NCBI GenBank assembly: GCA_963843845.1
Contig: CAWJMB010000001.1
Coordinates: 130,043 to 194,042, forward strand
Source of the DNA: an uncultured Gemmatimonadaceae bacterium
GTDB lineage: Bacteria > Gemmatimonadota > Gemmatimonadetes > Gemmatimonadales > Gemmatimonadaceae
Direction: 5' to 3'
DNA: 64,000 bases
In this document: positions 12,406-23,040 of the stretch, in pieces
Numbering within the stretch: the first letter of the stretch is position 1
Layout of the letters: each line of letters opens with the position of its first letter
Made by a program: the position numbers and the translations under genes
Notes under the pieces: generated by a model
Database searches by the model: none
Seen by the model: the letters and a program-made list of their open reading frames with translations, nothing else
Told to the model about the DNA's origin: nothing

Positions 12406-13688
12406 GTGACGACGACGCTCTCGACGCCGGACGCGGCGGACGCCGGCCTCTTCGGGTGGTGGCGCGCCGGCGACGACGACGCACGCCGCGCGCTGTCGCC
12501 GCCGCCGCCGGCTGGGCGCTCGACGCGTTCGACGTGATGCTCTTCTCGCTCACCCTCGCCGCCGTCATCGCGGACCTCGGCCTCACGAAGGCGCAGGCCG
12601 GCGCGCTCGGCTCGATCACGCTGCTCGGCGGTGCGGTGGGCGGCCTGATCTTCGGCCACGTCGCGGACCGCTTCGGCCGCACGCGCGCGATGATCGCGAG
12701 CATGCTGCTCTACTCGGTCTTCACGGCAGCGTGCGGGCTGTCGCAGATCGCTGACGCAGTTCGCCGTCTTCCGCGTGCTGCTCGGGCTCGGCATGGGCGG
12801 CGAGTGGGCGAGCGGCGCCGCGCTCGTGGCCGAGACGTGGCCGGCGAAGCACCGCGGGCGCGCGCTCGGCTTCATGCAGAGCGCGTGGGCGATCGGCTTC
12901 GCGGCGGCGGCGATCGTCGTCGGCGTCGTGCTGCCGCGTTACGGATGGCGCGCGGTGTTCTTCGTCGGGGTCGCTGCCGGCGTTCTTCACGCTCTGGATC
13001 CGGCGCAACGTGCGACGAGCCGGCGGTGTGGCTCGCCCGCCGCGCGGTGCCGAACGATCGCGCGCCGCGCCGCCACACGCGCGCTTCGCCGACATGTTCC
13101 GCGGTCGCACGCTGCGACTCACGGCGGCGATCACGTTCATGAACGCGTGTGCGCTGTTCGCGTGGTGGGGGCTGAACTCGTGGGTGCCGGCCTATCTGTC
13201 GCTGCCGCCGGCGCAGGGCGGCGTCGGGCTCGCGACCGAGACGATGTCGTGGTTCGTCGTCGCGATGCAGGTCGGCATGTGGCTCGGCTACGTGACGTTC
13301 GGATACATCGGCGACGCGTTCGGCCGCAAGCGCGTGTACGTCACCTACCTCCTCGTCGCGGCAGTGCTGCTCCCGCTCTACGGCGCGGTGACGCGGCCGG
13401 CGATCCTGCTGCTGCTCGGCCCCTTCGTCGCGTTCTTCGGCACCGGGTACTTCAGCGGCTTCGGCGCGGTGACGGCGGAGATCTATCCGACGGCGATCCG
13501 CGCGACGGCGCAGGGGTTCACCTACAACGTCGGGCCGCGTCGCGAGCGCGGCGGCGCCGTTCACGATCGGGACGCTGGCCGCATCGCACGGCTTCGCGAC
13601 GGCGTTCGCGCTCTCGGGGGCAGTGTTCCTGCTCGGCGCGCTGGCGTGGGTGGCGATTCCGGAGACCGCGGGGCGAGAGCTGAGTTGA
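12406..13688 (+). CDS. MFS transporter (several frameshifts)
   Basis: GWALDAFDVMLF, ADRFGRTR, GMGGEWASGAALVAETWP and AEIYPTAIRATAQGFTYN spread over three frames. Confidence 0.85.
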
Positions 13689-13730
13689 CCGGCCTGGCTG
13701 ACGGCGGGACTCACGGCCGACCGGCGAGGC

Positions 13731-15155
13731 TCACGGCGATGGGGCAGGGCTGAACGGGCGGTACGCGGCTGACGAGGCGGAACGCGCTTCCGGCCGCGGA
13801 ACGCACGGCACCTGCGGAACGCCCGGGGAGACGCGGGACACGAGCTGCGGGCTGTCGGTCACCCGTTCGGAGAGCACGACACTCCCCGAGATCACGTCGC
13901 CCCCCGACAGCTCGTCGAGGCCTCCGCCGTGATACGCGTCCTCGCCGTGCTCGCTCGCATCGAGCCCCGCGAGCTCGTCGGCGAGCGACACGCGCAGCCC
14001 GACCGTCACGCGCACCGCCGTCAGAATCGTCGCTGTCGCTGCCCCGCTGAAGCAGACCGTCGCGACCACCGCGATGAGCTGCGTCCCGACGAGCCCCGCG
14101 TGCCCGGCGAGCAGCCCGTCCGCGCCCGCGGCATTCACGGTTCGCGTCGCGAACACGCCTGTGAGCACCGCGCCGACGATTCCCGCCACCCCGTGACACG
14201 CGAAGACGTCGAGCGCGTCGTCGATCTTCACGCGCGTCCGGAGTTGGATCGCGCCGTAGCTCGCACCGGCCGCGAGCGCGCCGATCGCGATCGCCGAGGC
14301 CGGCGTGACGAAGCCCGCTGCGGGCGTGATGGCGACGAGCCCGACCACCGCTCCCGTCGCGACGCCGACCGCCGTCACGCGACGCGTGCGCCACAGGTCG
14401 AGCAGCATCCACGCCGTCATCGCTGCCGCCCCCGCCGTGTGCGTCGTCGCGAACGCATTCGCCGCGACCTCGTTCGCGCCTAACGCCGAGCCCGCGTTGA
14501 AGCCGAACCAGCCGAACCAGAGCAGCCCCGCGCCGACGAGTGAGAAGGGCACGTTGTGCGGCACGAGCGCCGCTCGGCCGAGGTCGCGCCGGCGGCCCAA
14601 CATCGCCGCCGCGACGAGCGCCGAGGTGCCGGCGCTGATGTGGACGACCGTCCCGCCGGCGAAGTCGAGCGCGCCCAACGCGCGCAGCCAGCCGTCGGTC
14701 GACCACACCCAGCGCGCGAGCGGGTCGTAGACGAACGTCGTCCACAGCACGGCGAGCAGCAGATACGCCGGGAAGCGGAGCCGCTCGACGACGGCACCCG
14801 AGATGAGGGCGACGGTGATTCCGGCGAACATCGCCTGGAACAGCGCGAAGAGCAGGTGCGGGATCGTCGCCGCGTACGTCGCGTTCGGCGCGACGCCGAC
14901 GCCCGACAGCCCCCACCACGACAGCCCGCCGAAGAACGCGTTCCCCGGGCCGAACGCGATCGAATAGCCGACCAGCACCCACTGCAGCGACACGACGCCG
15001 AGCGCGGCGAGACTCATGACGAACGTGTTCAGCGCGTGCTTGCCGCGCACCAGTCCGCCGTAGAACAGCGCGAGTCCCGGCACCATGAGCATGACGAGGG
15101 CGGTCGAGACGAGCACCCACGCCGTGTCTCCCGCGGAGAGCACGGCCGCGTTCAT
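13731..15155 (-). CDS. amtB: Ammonium transporter
   Basis: Start MNAAVLSAGDTAW overlaps the glnK stop; DFAGGTVVHISAG, LWFGWFGFNAGS and DDALDVFACHG motifs. Confidence 0.96.
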   Translation of the reverse strand: MNAAVLSAGDTAWVLVSTALVMLMVPGLALFYGGLVRGKHALNTFVMSLAALGVVSLQWVLVGYSIAFGPGNAFFGGLSWWGLSGVGVAPNATYAATIPHLLFALFQAMFAGITVALISGAVVERLRFPAYLLLAVLWTTFVYDPLARWVWSTDGWLRALGALDFAGGTVVHISAGTSALVAAAMLGRRRDLGRAALVPHNVPFSLVGAGLLWFGWFGFNAGSALGANEVAANAFATTHTAGAAAMTAWMLLDLWRTRRVTAVGVATGAVVGLVAITPAAGFVTPASAIAIGALAAGASYGAIQLRTRVKIDDALDVFACHGVAGIVGAVLTGVFATRTVNAAGADGLLAGHAGLVGTQLIAVVATVCFSGAATATILTAVRVTVGLRVSLADELAGLDASEHGEDAYHGGGLDELSGGDVISGSVVLSERVTDSPQLVSRVSPGVPQVPCVPRPEARSASSAAYRPFSPAPSP

Positions 15156-15574
15156 CCGGCCGTCTCCACCGCGTGGATGGGGAACAGGTCGGTCGCTCGG
15201 CGCTGGACCTCGCTGGCCGTGACCGGCGTCAACGCCTCGACGTCGCGCTCCCCCGTTCGGATGCGGATGACCTCGTGGATCGGCTGCACGAAGATCTTGC
15301 CGTCGCCGACGTCGCCCGTGCGCGCGGCCGACAGGATCGCCTGGATGCACGGCTCGACGAACGGTTCCGAGCACGCCATCTCGATCTTGACCTTGTCGCG
15401 GAACTCGAGCACGAGCGACGAGCCACGGTAGTGCTCGACGACCTCGCGCTCGCCGCCGTGCCCGCTCACGCGGGAGAGGGTCATGCCCGTCACGCCGGCA
15501 CGGAACAGCGCCTCTTTCACGGCGCGGAGGCGTTCGGGGCGGACGACGGCAGTGATGAGCTTCATGAATGACAT
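15152..15574 (-). CDS. glnK: P-II nitrogen regulator
   Basis: MKLITAVVRP, T-loop EHYRG, TGDVGDGKIFV...RIRTGE; adjacent to amtB. True start may be 15565. Confidence 0.93.
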   Translation of the reverse strand: MSFMKLITAVVRPERLRAVKEALFRAGVTGMTLSRVSGHGGEREVVEHYRGSSLVLEFRDKVKIEMACSEPFVEPCIQAILSAARTGDVGDGKIFVQPIHEVIRIRTGERDVEALTPVTASEVQRRATDLFPIHAVETAG

Positions 15575-15598
15575 CCGGGAGGAGGGAGCACGCTCCCG

Positions 15599-15627
15599 AG
15601 ACTACGCGTCAGATCCGGACGTGTCAA
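15599..15627 (-). promoter_or_regulatory. Sigma70-type promoter for glnK-amtB
   Basis: Minus strand reads TTGACA-N17-TAGTCT, about 25 bp upstream of glnK. Confidence 0.7.
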
Positions 15628-15860
15628 CGAAAATTCGCGAGCTTTGCACATATCGAGCGACATTCTGTCAGAAATCCGCCGGAAATGCGCGATGCGTGTA
15701 CGGATCAGTGCGAAATCTGCACGAATGCCCACGCGCGCTGGAACGGTTTCCCTCCGTGCGGTCGCCTGCGGGCGGGCGCACGACCCCCGATCCTCGCTCG
15801 TTCGCCGAACGACGTGGACGCGGTGAAGTCCCGGTGCCGCCGGGTCCACCGCGACGGCCG

Positions 15861-16154
15861 CTACCGCGAGACCGTCGAGTCGGTGCCGATGGGCGTCGCG
15901 GCCGGCGGGCGCGTCGCCGCGAGCAACTGACGCACGAGCAGGGTGGCGCGCTCGGCCGCCGCGGCGGCGGCGGCGAGGTCGCGCGCGGCGGGGTGCGACG
16001 CGTCGAGCTCGGCGCGCGCGAAGTCGACGTTCCCGGCGATCACCGTCAACAGGTTGTTGAAGTCGTGCGCGATCCGCCCGACGCGGTCCCGCAGCTCGGC
16101 GAGCGCGTCGGGCGCCGGCTCGGGCACCTCGGGGGGCGTCGACGGCTGCGTCAC
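15861..16154 (-). CDS. Stand-alone HisKA (DHp) domain protein, about 97 aa
   Basis: GRIAHDFNNLLTVIAGN...AERATLLVRQLLA; no HATPase or sensor domain; GTG overlaps the gspG stop (GTGA). Confidence 0.7.
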   Translation of the reverse strand: MTQPSTPPEVPEPAPDALAELRDRVGRIAHDFNNLLTVIAGNVDFARAELDASHPAARDLAAAAAAAERATLLVRQLLAATRPPAATPIGTDSTVSR

Positions 16155-16657
16155 CGTCCCGGCGCGTTCTCCCACGCGCGGAGGTCGGCGTCCTCACCGT
16201 CGCCGCCGGGGCGGCCGTCGCGCCCGTAGCTCTGCAAGTCGTAGCCGCTCGGATTCGCCGAGCCGGGCGAGGCGTAGCGGTAGGGGTGCCCCCACGGGTC
16301 GGTCGGCACCGCCTTGCGCAGATACGGCCCTCGCCACGTCGACGCGCCGGCCGGCGCCGTCCACAGCGCCTCGAGCCCGTCGGCGGTCGACGGATAGCCC
16401 CCAGTGTCCAGCCGGTACGAGTCGAGCGCGGTGCCGAGCATCTCCATCTGCGCCCGGGCCGCCGCGTCTTTCGCGACGCCGACGTTGCGGAAGATGTTCG
16501 GCGCGACCAGGGCGGCGAGGATCGCGATCACGACCACGACGACGAGGATCTCGAGCAGCGTGAAGCCGCGACGCCGGCGTGCGTCGAGATCGGACGCGAC
16601 TCCGCGTCGTCGGCGCACCGTGCCGCCAAGCTGCTCCGCGACTGCGAACGCCGACAT
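16151..16657 (-). CDS. gspG: Type II secretion major pseudopilin
   Basis: Prepilin motif RRRRG/FTLLEILVVVVVIAILAALVAP; YRLDTGGYPST, WRGPYL, DPWGHPY and SYGRDGRPGG. Confidence 0.93.
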   Translation of the reverse strand: MSAFAVAEQLGGTVRRRRGVASDLDARRRRGFTLLEILVVVVVIAILAALVAPNIFRNVGVAKDAAARAQMEMLGTALDSYRLDTGGYPSTADGLEALWTAPAGASTWRGPYLRKAVPTDPWGHPYRYASPGSANPSGYDLQSYGRDGRPGGDGEDADLRAWENAPGR

Positions 16658-16834
16658 GCGATCTCCCACCGAATGACACGCCAAACATACGCGGACGGCG
16701 TCGATGCACCAATGCGCATCGCGCGCACGCCGCGCCGCAAGGGTCAGCGAACCGCTTCACCGGCGCGTATGCCGGATGCGACCCGACCGGCGTCCCGGAC
16801 GGCGGAGCGTCTTTCCCCCCACCAGCGAGGCCGC

Positions 16835-19800
16835 ATGCGGCGCTCTTCCCAGCGCACCCTCTGCATCGCACTGCTCGGCGCCGCATCGGCGTTAGGCGCA
16901 CAGCCAGCGAGTCAGACGACACAGGCGATCGACCAGGAGTACACGGCGAAGATCAAGGAGTACCTGCCAGGATCCGCGCATCTCGACCGAGCTCGTCGAC
17001 CACCTGCCCGCGTCGGCGACCGTGCCGACGCCGCTCAAGTTCCTCGGCACGCATCGTCGGCACGCCGGGCGAGCTGACGTACGCGAAGGACATCCATCGC
17101 TACTTCGAGGCGCGTCGCCGACGCCGCGCCGGCGCGCGCGAAGGTCTGGACGATCGGCAAGACGCGAAGAAGGGCGCGACATGGTCGTCGCTCGCGATCG
17201 CCGACGAGGCGACGATCGCGCGAGCTCGACAAGTACAAGGGCTATGCTCAACGCAGCTCACCGACCCGCGCAAGACGACCGAGGCGCAGGCGCAGCAGCT
17301 GATCAAGCACGGCGAAGCCGATCTACTGGCTGACGAGCGGCATGCACTCGCCCGAGACCGGCGGCCCGGAGATGCTGCATGGAGCTGGCGTACCGGCTGG
17401 TGGTCGAGGAGACGCCGTTCATCCAGAACATCCGCAACAACGTCATCACGTTCATCACGCCGGTGCATCGAAGTCGACGGCCGCGAGAAGATGGTCGACA
17501 CGTACTACTTCAACAAGAAGCGCGCCGCGGGCGACGCCGCGGCTGCCGCTGATGTACTGGGGCAAGTACGTCGCAGCACGACAACAACCGCGACGGCATG
17601 GGGCAGTTCCTCGAGCTGACGCAAGGACGGTCGACGCAGACGTCCTGCGAGTGGACGCCGACCGTGCATGCACGACCTGCACGAGGCGCAGACGTACCTC
17701 TACTCGTCGACCGGCACGGGCCCGTACAACGAGCGCTCGACCCGATCACCGTCAACGAGTGGTGGCTGCTGGCGCAGAACGACGTGATGGAGATGACGAA
17801 GCGCGGCGTGCCTGGCGTGTGGACCTACGGCTTCTACGACGGCTGGGTGCCGAACTACATGTTCTTCATCGCGCACTCGCACAACGCGATCGGCCGCTTC
17901 TACGAGGTGCAGAGCTACGGTCCGGATCAACGTACGAACGTGACGCCCGGCGCGACGACGACGAGCAAGGAGTGGTTCCGCCCGAACCCGCCGCTGCCGA
18001 CTCGATCAAGTGGGGCCCGCGCAACAACACGAACATCCAGCAGTCGGCGGTGCTCTATCTCGCTGAGCCACGTCGCGAAGAACCGCGAGCACGTACCTCG
18101 AGAACTACTGGCTCAAGAACAAGCGCGCGGTCGACGAAGGGCGACGAACGGGCCGATCGACGGCTGGGTGATCCCGGCCGGCCAGCACGCGCAAGGCGAA
18201 CGCGGCCGAGGCGGTGAACGAGCTGCGGACGCAGGGGCTCGAGGTTCACACGCGCGACGAGCGCGTTCAAGGCCGGCAGACGTCGACGTGAAGCCGGGCG
18301 ACTACATCATCCGCGGCGACCAGCCGTACCGCACGATCGCCGACATGTACTTCTCGCTCCAGAACTATCACGCCGAGCAACCCGTCGCCGTACGACGACA
18401 CCGGCTGGACGTTCCAGCTGATGCGCAACATCACGGTCACCGCCGGTGACCGACAAGCGTCGATCCTCGATCAGCCGATGACGCTCGATCGACGCGCCGA
18501 CGTCGACGGCGGCGGGCGGCATCGCCGGCACGGGCGCACGTGTCGTCGTCGAGCACACCGAGCGACAACAACCTCGTCACGTTCCGCTTCAAGAACGCCG
18601 CGCGTGAAGATGCAGGCGGCGGAGGAGGAGTTCGAGGCGGCCGGCCACCAGCTTCAGCGCCGGGCGCGATCATCATCGCGCGGCGCGAACCGCGCGCAGC
18701 TCGAGCCGGAGCTCAAGGAGCTCGGCCTGTCGGCGTGGGCCGTCGACCGGCGCGCCGACGGTGAAGACGCACGACCTCGACATCCCGCGCATCGGCTACG
18801 TGCACAGCTGGACGCGCACGCAGGACGAGGGCTGGGTGCGCGCCGCGTTCGACACGTACGGCGTGCCGTACACCTACTTCGGCGAGGACGCGGCTGAAGG
18901 CGGGCAACCTGCGCGCGAAGTACGACGTGATCATCTTCCCGCACGGGCGGCACCGGGCTCGCGGGCGGCGGTGGCGGCGGCGGCGGCGGCGGAGCGGGCG
19001 CCGCCTCGCCGGCGACACCAGCCGATTCCGTACCGGCGCACCGCGGAGTACCCGTCGCTCGGCTATCCCGGACTCGACGGACGACATCCGCGGCGGCGTC
19101 GGCGCGGACGGGCTCAAGACGCTGTACGAGTTCGTGCAGCGAGGGCGGCACGCTCATCACCGAGGGCGAACACGGCGCAGATCTTCCCCGACCTGAACCT
19201 CACGCCCGGCGTGACGGTCGAGCGGGCGAACGGCCTGTTCGCGCGCGGCACGATCCTCCGCGGCGTCATCGCCGACCGGACGAGCCCGCTCGTCTACGGC
19301 TATCGTACGGCGAGCTGCCGGTGTACTTCAGCCAGACGCCGGTGCTCAACGCGAGCGACCTCCGCCGCCGTGCAGATCGCCGGCGCGGCGACGCCGCGGC
19401 GGGCGAGCCGGCTCGATCGCGCAGAACACGACGCCGATGGCGTTCCCCCTCAAGCTCTCGCCGTGGGACCCGGCGAAAACGGGCACGGCGTACGGCACCG
19501 TGGCCCCGGCAACAACGCGAATCGCACGGCCGGCGGCGCGGGTGGCGGCGCCGGGGGCGGCGTCGGCGGCGGCGGGTTCGGCGGCGGGCCGGGCGGGGGC
19601 GGTGGCGCCGCGGCGCAGGAGCTCGGCCTCACGGTCGAAGCGAACGCGAAGCCGCGCGTCGTCATGCAGTTCCCGGCGAGGGCGGAAGAGATGCTGCTCT
19701 CCGGCACGCTCGAGAACGGCCAGCTGCTCGCGAATCGCGCGCAGCTCGTCGACGAGCCGATCGGAAAGGGACACCTCGTGATGTTCGCGATCCGGCCGTT

Positions 19801-19927
19801 CTGGCGGTGGCAGACGCAGGGCAACTACGCGCTCGGTTTCAACGCGATCATGAACTGGAATGATCTCGACGCCGGGTCCGGAGCGGCCGGCGCCGCGACG
19901 CGCGTGTCGAAAGACGGAACGCCGTAG
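16835..19927 (+). CDS. Large secreted M14 zinc carboxypeptidase-family protein (many frameshifts)
   Basis: Signal peptide MRRSSQ...; fragments HSPETGGPE, YWGKYV, DNNRDGMG, HDLHE, FYDGWVPNYMF, DEGWVR and MFAIRPFWRWQT across several frames. Confidence 0.8.
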
Positions 19928-20064
19928 CCGGGGGGCTCCCTGACGGCGTCGACGGTCCGGCGGGGGCGGTCGGCGGTTCCCCTACGGCGTACCCGCGCGG
20001 GCGAGACGGCGCTCGCGGTGACGCGACGTCGGTACGGCGCGGGATTCGGATGAGTGAAGATCGG

Positions 20065-20101
20065 CATGACCTGGCGGCTCACGACCGAGCGCCGGGTCAT
20101 G
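20065..20101. terminator. Hairpin between the convergent M14 and Rieske genes
   Basis: Arms CATGACCTGGCG and CGCCGGGTCATG (11/12 paired plus one G-U); no clear U-tract. Confidence 0.4.
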
Positions 20102-20173
20102 TTCGTCCGTTCCGATTCCTCCGCCTCACCCCCCCCGCCTCACCGCCCCCGCCTCACCGCCCCGCCACGCGTG

Positions 20174-20743
20174 CTAGCCGCGCGTGATCGTGATCGTCCT
20201 CGAGACCGCGTTGAACTGCACCGGATACTCGGTGAGCGGCCGCGGCGCCGGCCCCGCCACGTTCTTCCCCGTCGCGTCGTAGTACGAGTCGTGACACGCG
20301 CAGTGAATGCGACTGTTCGTGAAGTCCGACACGGTACAGTTGTCGTGCGTACACGTGCTCGTGAACGCACGGTACGTGTCGTTCCCCGTGTTGATGACGA
20401 TCACGTTCGGTCCCCGCCCGCTCGCGTCCACGACGTTGTTCGTGCCGGCGTTCGTGATGAGATAGCCGCCGCTCGCGGCGAGTCCCGCGGCGCTCGTGAG
20501 CGGGATCGTGACGACGCCGTTCGCGTACGTCACCCCGCTCGCGGGCGTCCCGGGCGACGTCGGGCCGTCGCCGCCGCGCCCCCCGCACGCGCTCGCGAGC
20601 GCGGCGGCGACCGCCGACAGGCCGCTCGCCGTGAGAAAGCCGCGGCGCGTGAGCGAGTGCGCGGCGAGCGCGGGACAGCCGGCGGGAAGGGGAGCCAGGA
20701 CGTCGGTCGACGTCGGTGTGTCGAGCGTGCGGAGCGTGCGCAT
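20174..20743 (-). CDS. Rieske [2Fe-2S] protein, probable Tat-exported lipoprotein
   Basis: TRRGFL twin-arginine motif, LASAC lipobox, CTHDNC and CACHDS Rieske boxes, GPAPRPL. Confidence 0.88.
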   Translation of the reverse strand: MRTLRTLDTPTSTDVLAPLPAGCPALAAHSLTRRGFLTASGLSAVAAALASACGGRGGDGPTSPGTPASGVTYANGVVTIPLTSAAGLAASGGYLITNAGTNNVVDASGRGPNVIVINTGNDTYRAFTSTCTHDNCTVSDFTNSRIHCACHDSYYDATGKNVAGPAPRPLTEYPVQFNAVSRTITITRG

Positions 20744-21161
20744 GAACGAGGGCTACGGAGTGAACGGTACGACGCTGCTGGCGTCGAGCGGTGTCGGCAG
20801 ACGACGACGACTGATGCCGCGTCGCAATATCGTCCGCAGACCCGCGGCCGATAGCCCGCACTCCATCCTCCTCGCGGCGCACGGGCGCGTCGCAGAACGC
20901 CACCGGGCCGTTTTTTTCCCTCGCGTGGACTCGCTGCCCGTCACATATTCGCGCGGCGTCGGTTGCGGTTTTTCCGCGTGTAGAGGTGACGGCGCGCGGT
21001 GTGCCAGTATTTCTGCACCACCGGCTCCATCACTCGCCTGATCGCCGGCCGCCGCATGGAACCGCCCGTTGCCGGCGCCGTCCGCCGTTCCCTCGTCACG
21101 ACACTCTCTCGAACCTGTCCGCGCCCGTGCTCGTGACCTCGCCGCCATTCCGTAGCGCGCC

Positions 21162-22964
21162 ATGACCCAGGCCGGCATGCCTGACCGCTCGACAGGCTCG
21201 GCGTCACAGGTGGCCTGGGCGGCGCTCCACGGCGCCGCCGGCATCGTCGTCGAGCGTCCGGACGGCACCGTCGTCGACGCGAACCCTGCCGCCTGCCGGA
21301 TGTTCGGCTACGACGCCGCGACGCTCGTCGGGCGGCCGTACACGGTGCTCTGCGTTCCGGGCGAGCGCGCCACCCAGGCGACGCTGCGAGCGGCACTCGT
21401 CGCCGGAATGCGCCGCTCGCACGTGGGTCGCTGGCACTACGCGCGACAGGATGGGACGACGGTGACCGCCGACGTCATCACAACACGCGTGTCCGCCGAG
21501 TCGGCCGACGCGGGTCGTGCGGCCGACGGCGACGGGGGGACGCACATCGTCTCGGTCGTGCACGAGCGGCTCGCGGTGTCGAGCGACGACCCGGTTCCCG
21601 ACGGCGCGGGGGCTGGCGAGCGCCTCGAGTCGCTCGGTCTGCTCGCGGGGGGGATCGCGCACGACTTCAACAACGTGCTCGCCGTGATCCGCGGCAACCT
21701 CGAGCTCGCCCGCGACGCGCTCGACGCGCCGGCGCCGGACGTCCGCAGCGCGCTCGTCGACCTGTACGCGGTCGAGCAGGCGACGACCCGCGCGACGGCG
21801 CTCGTGCGACAGCTCCTCGCCTTCGGGCGCATGCAGGCGCGCGCCCCCGAGCCGCTCGACCTGAGCGTCGTCGCACGCGACATGCTGCCGCTCTGCCGCG
21901 TCGCGCTGGGCCCGGAGATCCCGCTCTCGCTGCGCCTCGCGGCCGGACTGCCGCGCATCCTCGCCGACCGCACGCAGCTCGAGCAGGTGCTCATGAACCT
22001 CGTCGTGAACGCGCGCGACGCGGTGACCGAAGCGCAGGTCATCGCGCCGCACGCCGGCGATGCCCGCCGCGGCGTCACGGTGACGACGACGCTCGACGAG
22101 CTCGCGCCGCACGCCGCCGCGCGACTCGGCCTCGCGGCCGGGGCGACGTACGTGCGGCTCGCCGTGCGCGACACCGGGATCGGCATGACCGACGCGACGC
22201 GGGCGCGCATCTTCGAGCCGTTCTTCACGACGAAGCCCGTCGACCGGGGCACGGGGCTCGGCCTCGCGGCGACGTGGGGGATCGTGCGGCAGTCGGGAGG
22301 CGCGATCGACGTCGACACGCGGTGGCAGGAAGGAAGCACGTTCTCCGTCTACTTCCCGGTCGCCGCGACGCCCGCCGCCCCCGCCGCGCCGGCCGCGCCG
22401 CCGTGCTCGGCGTCGACCGCCACGCGCTCCACGGCGACGGCGTCCGATCGGGAACCCGCGCTCGGCTCGGCGTTCGACGAGCGCCTCGTCGCCGCGTCTG
22501 GATCTGGCGGGCGCCGCCTCGTCGCCGTCCGCGCCGACGAACGGGTGCCCCGCACGATCCTGCTCGCCGAGGACGATCACGCGGTGCGCCGCGTCGCCGC
22601 CCGACTGCTGCGCGGGGCCGGCTATCGCGTCCTCGAAGCGGGAGACGGCGTCGACGCGCTCGCGCTGTGGCGCGCGCACGGCGGCGAGGTCGACCTGCTG
22701 CTGGCCGACATCCGCATGCCGCGGCTGCGCGGGGATCTCCTCGCCGAGGCCGTGCGCCGCGAGCGGCCGGAGCTGCCCGTGATCCTCATGACCGGCTTCG
22801 CCGACGACCCGTCGCGGGGCGGCGCCGTCTCGATCGACGCCGCGGCCGACCGTCCGCTGGCGAAGCCGTTCTCTGGCGTGGAGCTGCTGGAACGGGTCGC
22901 GGCGGCGCTGCCAGCGCTCGCAGGGTCGCCGGCTGGTGAGATCTCGTTAGGCGCCGTCGAGTGA
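21162..22964 (+). CDS. Cytoplasmic PAS hybrid histidine kinase / response regulator
   Basis: PAS (DANPAACRMFGY), H-box AHDFNN, N-box QVLMNLVVNARDA, G1 DTGIGM, F-box FEPFFTTK, G2 GTGLGL; receiver with EDD, DIRMP and KPF. Confidence 0.93.
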   Translation: MTQAGMPDRSTGSASQVAWAALHGAAGIVVERPDGTVVDANPAACRMFGYDAATLVGRPYTVLCVPGERATQATLRAALVAGMRRSHVGRWHYARQDGTTVTADVITTRVSAESADAGRAADGDGGTHIVSVVHERLAVSSDDPVPDGAGAGERLESLGLLAGGIAHDFNNVLAVIRGNLELARDALDAPAPDVRSALVDLYAVEQATTRATALVRQLLAFGRMQARAPEPLDLSVVARDMLPLCRVALGPEIPLSLRLAAGLPRILADRTQLEQVLMNLVVNARDAVTEAQVIAPHAGDARRGVTVTTTLDELAPHAAARLGLAAGATYVRLAVRDTGIGMTDATRARIFEPFFTTKPVDRGTGLGLAATWGIVRQSGGAIDVDTRWQEGSTFSVYFPVAATPAAPAAPAAPPCSASTATRSTATASDREPALGSAFDERLVAASGSGGRRLVAVRADERVPRTILLAEDDHAVRRVAARLLRGAGYRVLEAGDGVDALALWRAHGGEVDLLLADIRMPRLRGDLLAEAVRRERPELPVILMTGFADDPSRGGAVSIDAAADRPLAKPFSGVELLERVAAALPALAGSPAGEISLGAVE

Positions 22965-22985
22965 GCGTTCGGCGCCTGCGGGACC

Positions 22986-23040
22986 GCCGTCAGGCACTCG
23001 CCAGGCAGCCGTCACGCAGCCGTCAGGCAGCCGTCAGGCA
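22986..23040. repeat. Tandem repeat, 5 x 11 bp (GCCGTCAGGCA consensus)
   Basis: Units start at 22986, 22997 (degenerate), 23008, 23019 and 23030; the last contains the stop codon of the AraC-like gene. Confidence 0.85.
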
